From Candidatus Marinacidobacterium sp. (GTDB lineage: Bacteria > Acidobacteriota > Vicinamibacteria > Marinacidobacterales > Marinacidobacteraceae), in NCBI GenBank assembly GCA_965204755.1, contig OZ242011.1, positions 3,680,001 to 3,744,000 on the forward strand: a DNA stretch of 64,000 bases. The letters run 5' to 3'. Below the pieces are notes generated by a model. That model searched no databases and was not told the origin of the DNA. It was given only the letters and a program-made list of their open reading frames with translations. This document shows, in pieces, positions 1-9,408 of this stretch; the stretch's first letter is position 1; every line of letters starts with the position of its first letter. The position numbers were made by a program, and so were the translations under genes.

Positions 1-1803
1 GGAACCGTGGCCTTCCTGGGCGCCCTCGTCGGCGCGGCCGTCGGGCTCGCCTACGCCGCCGGGATGATCGAGTTGCTGACCGGGGCCTGGGGCGGCGCGG
101 TGGCGGGCGCGTTCGCCGTCTCCGGCGGGGGGAGCGCCGGCCCGCCGCTGGAACTCTTCGCGAGTTGGCGGTCCGTGGCCACCGGCGCCTTCGGCGGACT
201 GGAGATGGCGGCGCTGAGTTCCTGGTGGACCGCGCGCCGGCTGCTCGGGCGCGCTCCCCGCGCCCTCCTGGCCGGCGACCTCTCCGAGGAGCCGGCGGCA
301 GGAGTCTGGCTCCCGGCGCCCGGCGTCTCGACGGAGGGCGGCGGGGGCCCCTCGGAGCGCGAGCCGGTCCCGGGGCGCTCCCGCCCGACCGCCGCTCTCG
401 CTACGGCCGCGGCGGCGCTCGTCCTCGTCGCTCTCACCGGCTTCGGGGCGATCCCGGAAGCCGCGGGATTCTTCGGGGCCGGCGCCCTCCTCCTCGGCGC
501 GGCGCTCCTGGGTGCCCGGACCATGCTCCGCGCGCGTTCGGCGTCGGCCGGGTCCCCGGCGCCTTCGAACAGACCGTTCGCCAGCGTTCGCGGGCTCGCG
601 TTCCGGGCCTCCTCGTTCCGTCCGGGGCGCAGTCTGGCCGCGGTGGCGATGATCGCCTTCGCCGCGTTCCTCCTCGTCGCCGTGGAGTCGTTTCGCAAGG
701 GCGGCGACCCGGGGGCGCTGCCCGCCGGCGCCGGCGGTTTCCTCGCCGTCACGGAGACCGTGTTGGGGACACCTTGGGATCCGACGGGTCCGGAGGGACG
801 GGAGGCGCTGAACCTTCCGGGGGACCTCGGCGGCTTCCGGCTGACCCCGCTGCGCCTCGCCGGCGAGGAAGACGCCAGTTGCCTGAACCTCTACCGCCCG
901 GATCGGCCGCGGGTCGTCGGCGCGCCGCGCCGGTTCACCGAGGAGAACCGGTTCCCGTTCGCGGCCCACCTCGGCGAGACCCCGGAGGAAGAGGAAAACC
1001 CCTGGCGCCTCCTCCGGCGGGAGCGGGCCGCGGGTGATCCGATACCGGTCGTCGGCGACCAGAACTCCATGACCTATGTGCTGAAGTGGCCGATCGGCGA
1101 GACCCGGAGCCTCGCCTTGGGCCCCGGCGGTGAGCCCGTGCGGCTGCTGTTGGTGGCCACCCTGTGGGACAGCATCTTCCAGGGCGAGTTGCTCATGGCG
1201 GAAGAGGACTTGCTCCGCAGCCTTCCGGCCGACGACGGGTACCGGATGTTCCTGGTCGACGAGGCCGGCGGGGCGGAGTCGGCCGGCGGGGCGGGGCCGG
1301 CCGACGGAACGCCTGGCCGGGAGGAAGCGGCCGCGGCGTTGCTCGCCGACGCGCTCGGCGACTACGGCGCCGTCTCGACCACCGCTCGGGCGCGGCTCGC
1401 CGCGTTCCACCGCGTGGAGAACGCGTACCTCTCGACCTTCCAGGCCCTCGGCGGGCTGGGTCTGCTGCTCGGGACGATCGGGCTCGGGGCCGCGCTCTTC
1501 CGCAGCGCCGCCGAGCGGCGCCGCGAGTGGGCGCTGCTCGCCGCCGCCGGCTACCGGAAACGGGACTTCTGGGAACTGGGGTTTTGGGAGAACGCGCTGC
1601 TGCTCGGCGGGGGCCTCGCCGCCGGGGCGGCGGCGGCGCTGGTGGCGGTCTTCCCGGTCCTCGGCGAGCGCGGCGGCGGCGGCAGCGCGTGGCTCCTGGC
1701 GCTCCTCCTGCTCGGCGTCCTCGCGCTCGGCCTGCTGGCCGGCGGCCTCGCCGCCCGCCTGAGCGCCGGCCATCCCCTGATCCCCGCCTTGCGCTCCGAA
1801 TGA
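1..1803 (+). CDS. FtsX/MacB-like ABC transporter permease (5'-truncated)
   Basis: Frame open from base 1. Multiple TM helices, a periplasmic loop with DASCLNLY, and C-terminal ENAYLSTFQALGGLGLLLG...ERRREWALLAAAGY typical of FtsX-like permeases. Confidence 0.8.
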   Translation, partial: GTVAFLGALVGAAVGLAYAAGMIELLTGAWGGAVAGAFAVSGGGSAGPPLELFASWRSVATGAFGGLEMAALSSWWTARRLLGRAPRALLAGDLSEEPAAGVWLPAPGVSTEGGGGPSEREPVPGRSRPTAALATAAAALVLVALTGFGAIPEAAGFFGAGALLLGAALLGARTMLRARSASAGSPAPSNRPFASVRGLAFRASSFRPGRSLAAVAMIAFAAFLLVAVESFRKGGDPGALPAGAGGFLAVTETVLGTPWDPTGPEGREALNLPGDLGGFRLTPLRLAGEEDASCLNLYRPDRPRVVGAPRRFTEENRFPFAAHLGETPEEEENPWRLLRRERAAGDPIPVVGDQNSMTYVLKWPIGETRSLALGPGGEPVRLLLVATLWDSIFQGELLMAEEDLLRSLPADDGYRMFLVDEAGGAESAGGAGPADGTPGREEAAAALLADALGDYGAVSTTARARLAAFHRVENAYLSTFQALGGLGLLLGTIGLGAALFRSAAERRREWALLAAAGYRKRDFWELGFWENALLLGGGLAAGAAAALVAVFPVLGERGGGGSAWLLALLLLGVLALGLLAGGLAARLSAGHPLIPALRSE

Positions 1804-1863
1804 GCCGCTCGAGGTGACCCGGAGACGGCGTCGGTCCGCGAACCGGCGGGGAGCGGCCGGGGA

Positions 1864-1869
1864 TACGAT
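1864..1869 (+). promoter_or_regulatory. Putative -10 box TACGAT, leaderless promoter
   Basis: TANNNT hexamer 7 nt upstream of ATG 1877; no SD sequence. Confidence 0.45.
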
Positions 1870-1876
1870 TCGGGCC

Positions 1877-4069
1877 ATGTCCAAAACCCGAATCGGTCTC
1901 GTTCTCTCCGGCGTCGCCGCGGCCGGTCTCGTCCCGCTCGCGGGCGCGCAGCCGCCGACTCCGGCTCGCGGCTTCCTGCCCGGCCAGTGGGCGGAACAGC
2001 GGGAGATCGAAGAGCGGTTCCGGAGCGTTCCCGACCCGGAGCGTCTTCGGGAGTACCTGGAATTCATGAGCGAGGAGCCGCACATCGCCGGGTTCGGCGA
2101 CGGGAGTCTCCGGGTCGCGCAGTACGCGCTCGAGAAGTTCCGGTCCTTCGGGCTCGACGCGGAGATCGAAGAGACCGAAGCGCTCATGCCGCTTCCGGTG
2201 GAGCGGCAGGTGGAAGTGCTCGGTCCGGAGCCCTACACCCTGCGGCTCGCCGAACCGGGCGTGCCCGAGGACGAGGACACCTCGGATGCCGGCCTGCTTC
2301 CCACCTACAACGCCTACGCCGCGGACGGCGATGTCTCCGCGGAAGTCGTCTATGTGAACTACGGCATTCCCGAGGACTACGAGACCCTCGCCGAACTCGG
2401 CGTCTCCGTCGAGGGGAAGATCGTGATCGCCCGTTACGGGCGCAGTTGGCGCGGCATCAAGGCGAAACTCGCGCAGGACAACGGCGCCGTCGGCGCGCTC
2501 CTCTATTCCGATCCGGAAGAAGACGGCTACTACCGGGGACTGACCTACCCCGAAGGTCCGTACCGTCCGAAGTGGGGCGTCCAGCGCGGTTCCATCATGG
2601 ACATGCCCACGCATCCCGGCGATCCGCTCACGCCGGGTTTCGGCGCCACCGAGGACCGCGAGAAACTCACCCGGGAAACCGCGCGCACGCTCGTCCGGAT
2701 TCCGGTGCTGCCCATCTCCTGGGGCGACGCCTACCCGATCCTGGAACAGTTGCGGGGAGAGCCGGCGCCGAACGACGACTGGAAGGGCGCGCTTCCCTTC
2801 ACCTACCACATCGGGCCGGGGCCGACGCGGGTTCGAATGCGCACCGCCTACGACTGGAAGGTGCGCAAACTGTTCAATGTGATCGCCCGCATCGAGGGTT
2901 CCGAGTACCCGGATGAATGGATCGTCCACGGGAACCACCACGACGGCTGGTGCAACGGCGCGACCGACCCGATCAGCGGCGCGGTCGCGCTCATGGAAAC
3001 CGCGCGCGGTTTCGGCGAACTGCTGGCGGCCGGACACCGTCCGCGCCGGACGGTGGTGTTCGCGCTCTGGGACGGCGAAGAGTGGGGTCTGCTCGGCTCC
3101 ACCGAATGGGCGGAGACCCACCGCGAGGCGCTCGGCGAGGGAGGCGTGGTCTATATCAACACCGATTCCACCGGCAAGGGTTGGCTCGGTCTTGCGGGAA
3201 GCCACACGCTCCAGAAATTCGTGAACGAGGTCGCGCGCGAAGTCACCGATCCGGAGCGGGGCGTCAGCGTGTTCGAAGCCGCCCGCGCCCGGAGACTGGA
3301 GACGGCGGCGAACCCGGAGGCGAGGGCGGAAATCGAACAGGGCGACGACCTCCGCCTCGGCGCCCTCGGCTCCGGTTCCGACTACACGGTCTTCATCGAC
3401 CATCTCACCATGGCCTCGCTGAATCTCGGTTTCGGAGGGGACAGTCCCGGAGGCGTGTACCACTCCAACTACGACACCTTCCATTGGTACGAGAAGTTCT
3501 CGGACTCGGAGTTCGTTTTCGGTCGGACGCTTTCGCAGGTGGTCGGGACGGCCATGTGGCGGCTCGCCAACGCCGCCGTGCTGCCGTTCGGCTTCACGGA
3601 CCTGGCGGCGGTGATGCGCGACTATGTGCAGGAGATCCGAGAGACCCACGCCGCGATGGAGTCGCCGCCGGAGATCGCCTTCGAATCCATCGAGCAGGCG
3701 CTCGACGCCCTCGAGGAAGCCGGGCAGGGATACGAACGGGCGCTCGCCTCGCTCAGCGGCGCGTCTTCGGAGAGCGTCCTCGGGAGTCCTCGACTCTCGC
3801 AGTTGAACCACTTGCTCTACACCTCGGAACGGCGGCTCGGCTATGAGGAGGGGCTGCCGAACCGGGAGTGGTTCCGCCACCAGGTCTATGCGCCCGGCTT
3901 CTTCACCGGATACGGGGTGAAGACGATTCCCGGCGTGCGGGAAGGGATCGAAGAGGAAGACTGGGAGGCGGCGCGCTTCTATGTGCGCGTCGTCTCGGAG
4001 TCGCTCTCTTCGCTGACCTCGCAGGTCCGGGAGGCGGAGGAGATCGTTCGCGGCCTCACCGGCGGATAG
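1877..4069 (+). CDS. M28 family metallopeptidase (glutamate carboxypeptidase II-like, PA and TfR-dimerisation domains)
   Basis: Signal peptide; GNHHDGW, GATDPISG, WDGEEWGLLGSTEW, GSGSDYTVF, YHSNYDTF motifs; C-terminal WFRHQVYAPG. Confidence 0.92.
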   Translation: MSKTRIGLVLSGVAAAGLVPLAGAQPPTPARGFLPGQWAEQREIEERFRSVPDPERLREYLEFMSEEPHIAGFGDGSLRVAQYALEKFRSFGLDAEIEETEALMPLPVERQVEVLGPEPYTLRLAEPGVPEDEDTSDAGLLPTYNAYAADGDVSAEVVYVNYGIPEDYETLAELGVSVEGKIVIARYGRSWRGIKAKLAQDNGAVGALLYSDPEEDGYYRGLTYPEGPYRPKWGVQRGSIMDMPTHPGDPLTPGFGATEDREKLTRETARTLVRIPVLPISWGDAYPILEQLRGEPAPNDDWKGALPFTYHIGPGPTRVRMRTAYDWKVRKLFNVIARIEGSEYPDEWIVHGNHHDGWCNGATDPISGAVALMETARGFGELLAAGHRPRRTVVFALWDGEEWGLLGSTEWAETHREALGEGGVVYINTDSTGKGWLGLAGSHTLQKFVNEVAREVTDPERGVSVFEAARARRLETAANPEARAEIEQGDDLRLGALGSGSDYTVFIDHLTMASLNLGFGGDSPGGVYHSNYDTFHWYEKFSDSEFVFGRTLSQVVGTAMWRLANAAVLPFGFTDLAAVMRDYVQEIRETHAAMESPPEIAFESIEQALDALEEAGQGYERALASLSGASSESVLGSPRLSQLNHLLYTSERRLGYEEGLPNREWFRHQVYAPGFFTGYGVKTIPGVREGIEEEDWEAARFYVRVVSESLSSLTSQVREAEEIVRGLTGG

Positions 4070-4191
4070 GCGGGAGGCCGACGGCGCCGCCGCCGGGGGT
4101 CGCCGGCGGCCTCAGGAACCGGCGGCGCCGAACCGGACGAGGCCGGAACGCCGGGGAACCGCCGACGGAAGCGGCTCGTATCGGGTTCGGC

Positions 4192-6648
4192 ATGGCCACA
4201 CTCGACACCGCGCGACGCCCCTCCGTTCTTCGCCTCGGCGCAGTCGCCGCCGTGGTGCTCGCCGGCGCCCTCGGTCCGGCGGAGGTGGCGGCGCAGACCG
4301 GTAGCCGCGAGGTTCGGGGCGTCGCACGGGACGCGGTCTCCGGGGAGCCGATCCCGGGAGTCACGGTGTCCGGCGGCGGCCGGGCGACGGTCACCGACGC
4401 CGAAGGCGCGTTCTCGATCTCGCTGCCGGCGGGGGCGCCCGGCCTGACCTTCGTCGCCGAGGGCTACTTCGAGGCGTCGGCGCCCCTGCCGCCGGAAGGC
4501 GCGGCCGCGCCGATGTCCGTGCGGATGCTGCCCCGGCGGATCACGGAAGAGGTCGAGGTCACCGCCGCCGCTCCGGGCCTCGCCCGGCCGTCGGCCACGG
4601 TCGTCCCTCCGGCGGAAGTGCTCGAAGTCGCCGGGACCGCGGACAACATCTTCCGCGCCCTCTCCACGCTTCCGGGAGTGGCCGCCACCGAGGACTTCGG
4701 CAGCCGGCTCGCCGTGCGCGGCGGGACTCCGGACCAGAACCTCACGCTCATGGACGGCGTGGAGATCCACAACCCCTATCGCCTCTTCGGACTGGTGAGC
4801 GCCTTCAATCCGGAAACCGTGGAGAGTTTCTCCCTCTCCGCCGGAGGTTTCGGCGCCGCCTACGGCGACCGCCTCTCTTCGCTGCTGATCGTCGAGAACC
4901 GGCCCGGTCAATCGAACCTGTCGGCCACTTCCTCGCTCAGCATCACCGACGGGAACCTGGTGGTCGAGGGGCCCCTGCCGGGTCCCGGCAGTTTCCTGTT
5001 GACCGGCCGGCGCACTTACTACGATGTGATCGTCGGCCGGGTGCTCGACCAGGACTTCCCTTCGTTCCTCGACACGCAGTTGCAGGCGAGATGGGAGTTC
5101 GCGAACGGGACCCGGCTGACCGCCATCGGTCTCCGCAGCCGCGAGGACACGCAGTTCTCCCAGCAGGGGGAGGAGGAACCGGAGCAGTTCGACTTCGTCT
5201 CGGACACTTCGAGCGACCTCGGCGCCCTGCGGCTGGACGCCGTGTTCGGCGAGCGGCTGACTTCGACGACGATCCTGTCGGCGTACCGCAACGCGGAACT
5301 CCTCGATTTCGAGGGGTCCTTCGTGGATGACGAAGACGGCCGGCCGGAGGAGATCTCTTTCGACCGGGAACTCGCGGTAACCGATGTCTCCCTGCGGCAG
5401 GAGTTCGCCCTGCGCCTCGGCGAAGCGCACCGTTTCGAGTTCGGCGCCGAACTCCATCGGCTCGACTCCGGAATCGAGCAGAGTATCCGCGGCGACCGCA
5501 ACGAGGACGTGGCGAACCCGAGCAGCGTTCTCGGTGGAAGCGCCTTGCCGGACTTCCTGGACTCCGATCTCTCCGGGCTTCGGGGCGGCGCCTGGATCCA
5601 GGACACCTTCACTCCGGGGGAGCGCCTCTCGTTCGAACCGGGCCTGAGGCTCGACTGGAACAGCCTGAACGGCGGGAGCACGATCTCGCCCCGGCTCGCC
5701 GTCGGATGGGACTTCGGGAACGGCCTTCGGGCCCGCGCCGCCGGCGGCGTTTACACGCAGAGCCCGGGTTACGAAAAGTTGATCCAGTCGGACTACTTCC
5801 TCGACCTGTCCCGGCTGAAGGAAGACGGGCTCCGCTACGAGCGCGCGCTCCATGCGGTCGTCGGGCTGGAAAAGACCTTCGGAACCGGGATCCGCCTTCG
5901 CGTCGAGGGCTACCGCAAGAGATTCGAAGACCTGCTGGTCGGGCGGCTGGAGACGGACCCGGAGCGCGCCCTGAGGTTGGCCGCCTACGACTTCCCGGCG
6001 GCGCTTCGGGACAGCGTTCCGCGGCGGGCGCAAATCACGATCTCCCCGGTGAACGGCGGCGCGGGCAACGCCTACGGCCTCGACTTCTATCTCGAGCGCC
6101 TCGACCCCGCGGCCCGCCTCGGCGGCTGGCTCAGTTATGCCTGGGGCCGGGCCGAGCGGGAGACCTACGGAGAGCGCTACCCGTTCGAGTACGACCGGCC
6201 CCACGCGGGGAATGCGGTCGCGCGGTTCCGCGTGAGCGACCGCTTCGCGGTGGCGGGGACCTTCCGACTGGCGAGCGGGTTCCCCTATACGCCGGCCGTC
6301 GGCATTCGGGTCGCGGCGGCCCCCGACGAGCGCGGTCTACTGGTTCCCTCGACCGACGAAACCGGGGCGCCCGTCTATCAGGCCGACCTGGGCGGCGTGG
6401 AGAACCTCCACCGGGCGCGCCTGCCGCACTACTCCCGGCTCGACCTCCGCCTCACTTACCGCCACGGCGGCCCCGCGGGGCGGTGGTCGGTCTATGCCGA
6501 AGTCATCAACGCGCTGAACCGGGAGAACGCCATCGCCATGGCCCATGCGGTGACGGCCGATCCGGACACCGGAGTTCCGACCCTCGAGGAAGTGCCGACG
6601 AGCGGGTTCCCGAGGGTGCCCACGATCGGAATCCGTTTCCGGTTCTGA
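4192..6648 (+). CDS. TonB-dependent receptor with N-terminal carboxypeptidase-regulatory-like domain
   Basis: Signal peptide; plug motif LPGV...VRGGTPDQNLTLMDGVEI; GGFGAAYGDRLSS; beta-barrel ending in IRFRF. Confidence 0.9.
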   Translation: MATLDTARRPSVLRLGAVAAVVLAGALGPAEVAAQTGSREVRGVARDAVSGEPIPGVTVSGGGRATVTDAEGAFSISLPAGAPGLTFVAEGYFEASAPLPPEGAAAPMSVRMLPRRITEEVEVTAAAPGLARPSATVVPPAEVLEVAGTADNIFRALSTLPGVAATEDFGSRLAVRGGTPDQNLTLMDGVEIHNPYRLFGLVSAFNPETVESFSLSAGGFGAAYGDRLSSLLIVENRPGQSNLSATSSLSITDGNLVVEGPLPGPGSFLLTGRRTYYDVIVGRVLDQDFPSFLDTQLQARWEFANGTRLTAIGLRSREDTQFSQQGEEEPEQFDFVSDTSSDLGALRLDAVFGERLTSTTILSAYRNAELLDFEGSFVDDEDGRPEEISFDRELAVTDVSLRQEFALRLGEAHRFEFGAELHRLDSGIEQSIRGDRNEDVANPSSVLGGSALPDFLDSDLSGLRGGAWIQDTFTPGERLSFEPGLRLDWNSLNGGSTISPRLAVGWDFGNGLRARAAGGVYTQSPGYEKLIQSDYFLDLSRLKEDGLRYERALHAVVGLEKTFGTGIRLRVEGYRKRFEDLLVGRLETDPERALRLAAYDFPAALRDSVPRRAQITISPVNGGAGNAYGLDFYLERLDPAARLGGWLSYAWGRAERETYGERYPFEYDRPHAGNAVARFRVSDRFAVAGTFRLASGFPYTPAVGIRVAAAPDERGLLVPSTDETGAPVYQADLGGVENLHRARLPHYSRLDLRLTYRHGGPAGRWSVYAEVINALNRENAIAMAHAVTADPDTGVPTLEEVPTSGFPRVPTIGIRFRF

Positions 6649-6696
6649 CGACCGTCGGCGAACCGGGCGCGTACACTTTTCCGCCGCGGCCGGCTC

Positions 6697-8523
6697 TTGC
6701 CGGCCGCGGCTCCCTTGTACCGACCCTCCCCGTCCTCGATCTTCGGCCGACCCGGGCCCCGGGGGGGCGGACTCAGGGCGATCTCGACCGCGCTTTCGGG
6801 AGCGGCGGCGCTGTTCGGCGGGGCCGCCTGCGGAGGGAGCGGGTTCGGGACGAATCCGGAGCAGCCGCCGAATGTGGTGCTGATCCTGGTGGACGACCTC
6901 GGCTATCGCGATGTGGGTTTCATGGGAGCGACCGAGATTGCGACGCCGAACCTGGATCGGCTCGCGGCGGAAGGCGTCGTTTTCGAAGCGGGCTATGTGG
7001 CGCATCCGGCCTGCACGCCGTCGCGCGCCGGGCTGGTCACCGGCAGATACCCGGCCCGATACGGCATGGACGGGAATTTGGCCTATGCGCCCTTCGATCC
7101 GCACCACGGACTGCCGGTGGAAGAAACCACTTTCGTCCGCCTGCTTCGGGACGCCGGTTACCGCACCGGACTGATGGGGAAGTGGCATCTCGGCGCCGCC
7201 CCCGACTTCCTGCCCCGCGTGCGGGGTTTCGAGGAGTTCGTCGGCTTCCTCGACGGCGTCCACCACTACTGGGGGCGCGAAGTGGACGCCGGAGCCCCGT
7301 ACGAAGCGGCGAGGCAACCGATCATCGAGAACACCGAGCCGGCGCGCCTGGCCGGCGACGAGTACCTGACCGACTACCTGACCGACCGGGCCATCGAGTT
7401 CGCGCGCCGGCCGGCCGCGCCGTTCTTCCTCTATCTCTCGTACAACGCCCCGCACCGTCCGCTGCAGGCCCCGCGGGAACTCATCGCGAAGTACGACCGG
7501 GTTCCGAACGAACGCCGACGGCGGTACTTGGCGATGGTGGATTCGCTCGACCGGAATGTGGGGCGGCTGCTCGACGCGCTGGAAGCGAGCGGGAAGCGCG
7601 AGGACACCGTGGTTTTCTTCCTGAGCGACAACGGCGGCGTCCACCCCGAGAGGTCCGGGCCGACGAACGACTTCGCGGACAACGGCCCGCTTCGGAACGG
7701 GAAGGGCAGCCTCTACGAGGGCGGCATCCGCGTGCCGTTCGCCGCCTCCTGGCCGGCGCGCTGGCCGCGCGGCGCGACCTACGGGCCGATGGTCATCAGT
7801 CTCGACATCGCCGCTACGGTGCTGGCGCTCGCCGGCGTCGAGCCGGAACGCCCGCTCGACGGCGTGGACCTCGATCCGTTCCTCTCGGGCGAAGCGGAGG
7901 GGTCTCCCCACGACCTGCTGTTCTGGCGCAACGGGACGGAATACGCCGTGCGGAGCGCGGACCGCAAACTCGTGCAGCACGGCGACGATCCCCCGGAACT
8001 GTTCTCTCTGGCGGACGACCTCGGGGAGTCCCGGAACCGCCTGCCCGAAGAGGCCGAGAGCGCGAGCGACCTCGCCGCCCGGTGGAGCGAGTGGAACCGG
8101 GCGAACACGGGGCCGCGCATCCGCAGCCGGGGGGAATACGACCGGATCCTCACCGCGTACCTGGACGATCGGGAACGCGCGCAGGCGGCTGCCGCGGAGT
8201 CCGGGGAGTGCCGCATCCGGGCCGTCGTCGGCGCGTCCCCGCCTCCGCCGCCGGTCGGCCTCCGGGCGGTTCGCCGCGACGGCGGAATCGAACTCCGCTG
8301 GCCGCGGGCGAGCGACCCGGGCGCCATCCTGTCTTGGGAGTACCGGTTCCGTCAGCCGGGAGGCGGCGATTGGAGCGGCTGGCAGCGAGTCTATGGGGCT
8401 TCCGGGTGTCTCGACCGCGTCGGGGTAGCCAATGCTCCGCCTGAGGGCGCCGTGGAGGTCGAGTTGCGCGCCCGGAATGCGTCGGGCGTCGGGGCCGCGG
8501 CCCGAGTCGCGTCCACTCCCTGA
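6697..8523 (+). CDS. Formylglycine-dependent sulfatase (probable lipoprotein) with C-terminal Fn3-like domain; start uncertain
   Basis: PNVVLILVDDLG, CTPSR (CxPxR) motif, GKWHLG, SDNGG, GKGSLYEGGIRVP; C-terminal ELRW...WEYR...ELRARNASGVG. Confidence 0.9.
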   Translation: MPAAAPLYRPSPSSIFGRPGPRGGGLRAISTALSGAAALFGGAACGGSGFGTNPEQPPNVVLILVDDLGYRDVGFMGATEIATPNLDRLAAEGVVFEAGYVAHPACTPSRAGLVTGRYPARYGMDGNLAYAPFDPHHGLPVEETTFVRLLRDAGYRTGLMGKWHLGAAPDFLPRVRGFEEFVGFLDGVHHYWGREVDAGAPYEAARQPIIENTEPARLAGDEYLTDYLTDRAIEFARRPAAPFFLYLSYNAPHRPLQAPRELIAKYDRVPNERRRRYLAMVDSLDRNVGRLLDALEASGKREDTVVFFLSDNGGVHPERSGPTNDFADNGPLRNGKGSLYEGGIRVPFAASWPARWPRGATYGPMVISLDIAATVLALAGVEPERPLDGVDLDPFLSGEAEGSPHDLLFWRNGTEYAVRSADRKLVQHGDDPPELFSLADDLGESRNRLPEEAESASDLAARWSEWNRANTGPRIRSRGEYDRILTAYLDDRERAQAAAAESGECRIRAVVGASPPPPPVGLRAVRRDGGIELRWPRASDPGAILSWEYRFRQPGGGDWSGWQRVYGASGCLDRVGVANAPPEGAVEVELRARNASGVGAAARVASTP

Positions 8524-8592
8524 ACCGGCGCCGCCGGGCCGCCCGCGCTCTCCGGACGCCGCTCCGGCCGGGGGTCGCGCGGATGCGGGCGC

Positions 8593-9330
8593 TCAGGGTT
8601 GCGAGACGGGAGCGCTCGCCTTGGATCGCCCCTCGGCGGGCGGGGCCGCTTCGGAAGCAGCGGGCGGCCCGTTTTCGGCGCCGGCGGTCGAATCACCGGG
8701 GGAGTCGGCCGGGTCATCGGCAGGGAGGTCGATCGGCCGTGATCGGATCTCGCGCTGGATGGTCGCCCACACGCACCAGACCATGAGTTTCAGGTCCAGC
8801 CAGGGGCTCATCGCGCGGATATAGAGATCGTCGTAGCGCAACTTCCGCCGCGGCGAAGCGTGGTACCCGCCCGCCGCCTGCGCCAACCCGACGATGCCCG
8901 GCCGAACCCGGAGGCGGCGGGAGAAGCCGGGGAGGTCGCGCTCGAACCGCGCCGCGAGTTCCGGGCGTTCCGGGCGCGGGCCGACCAAACTCATCTCGCC
9001 CCGGAGGACGCTCAGCAGTTGGGGCAACTCGTCGAACCTCAGGCGGCGGAGCACGCCGCCCACGCGGGTGATCCGGGGATCGCTCGGGCCGGCCCATACC
9101 GGGCCGGTTCCCGTCTCCGCGTCCACGACCATCGTGCGGAACTTGAGCAGTCGGAACCGTCGGCCGTCCCGGCCGAGTCGGGTCTGCCGGTAGAAGACCG
9201 GGCCGCCGTCCTCCAGCCGAATCAGGAGGGGGATCGCCGTGAGGAGCAGCAGCCAGAGCGGGGCCAGCAGCGTAAGCGCCGATACCACCACGGCCAAGTC
9301 GAAAGGCCGCTTGTAGCGGCCGCGCTCCAC
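8593..9330 (-). CDS. Priming sugar transferase (phosphoglycosyl transferase, Bac_transf)
   Basis: KRPFD, KFRTM, DELPQL..VLRGEMSLVGPRPE, DDLYI motifs. Confidence 0.92.
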   Translation of the reverse strand: MERGRYKRPFDLAVVVSALTLLAPLWLLLLTAIPLLIRLEDGGPVFYRQTRLGRDGRRFRLLKFRTMVVDAETGTGPVWAGPSDPRITRVGGVLRRLRFDELPQLLSVLRGEMSLVGPRPERPELAARFERDLPGFSRRLRVRPGIVGLAQAAGGYHASPRRKLRYDDLYIRAMSPWLDLKLMVWCVWATIQREIRSRPIDLPADDPADSPGDSTAGAENGPPAASEAAPPAEGRSKASAPVSQP

Positions 9331-9408
9331 CGAATCCCCCCGTCCGCAGGCGTCAGCGGAAAAGGCTCAGGGGGGGAATGAAGTCAGTAGTTGGAACTCG
9401 GGGGGCGG

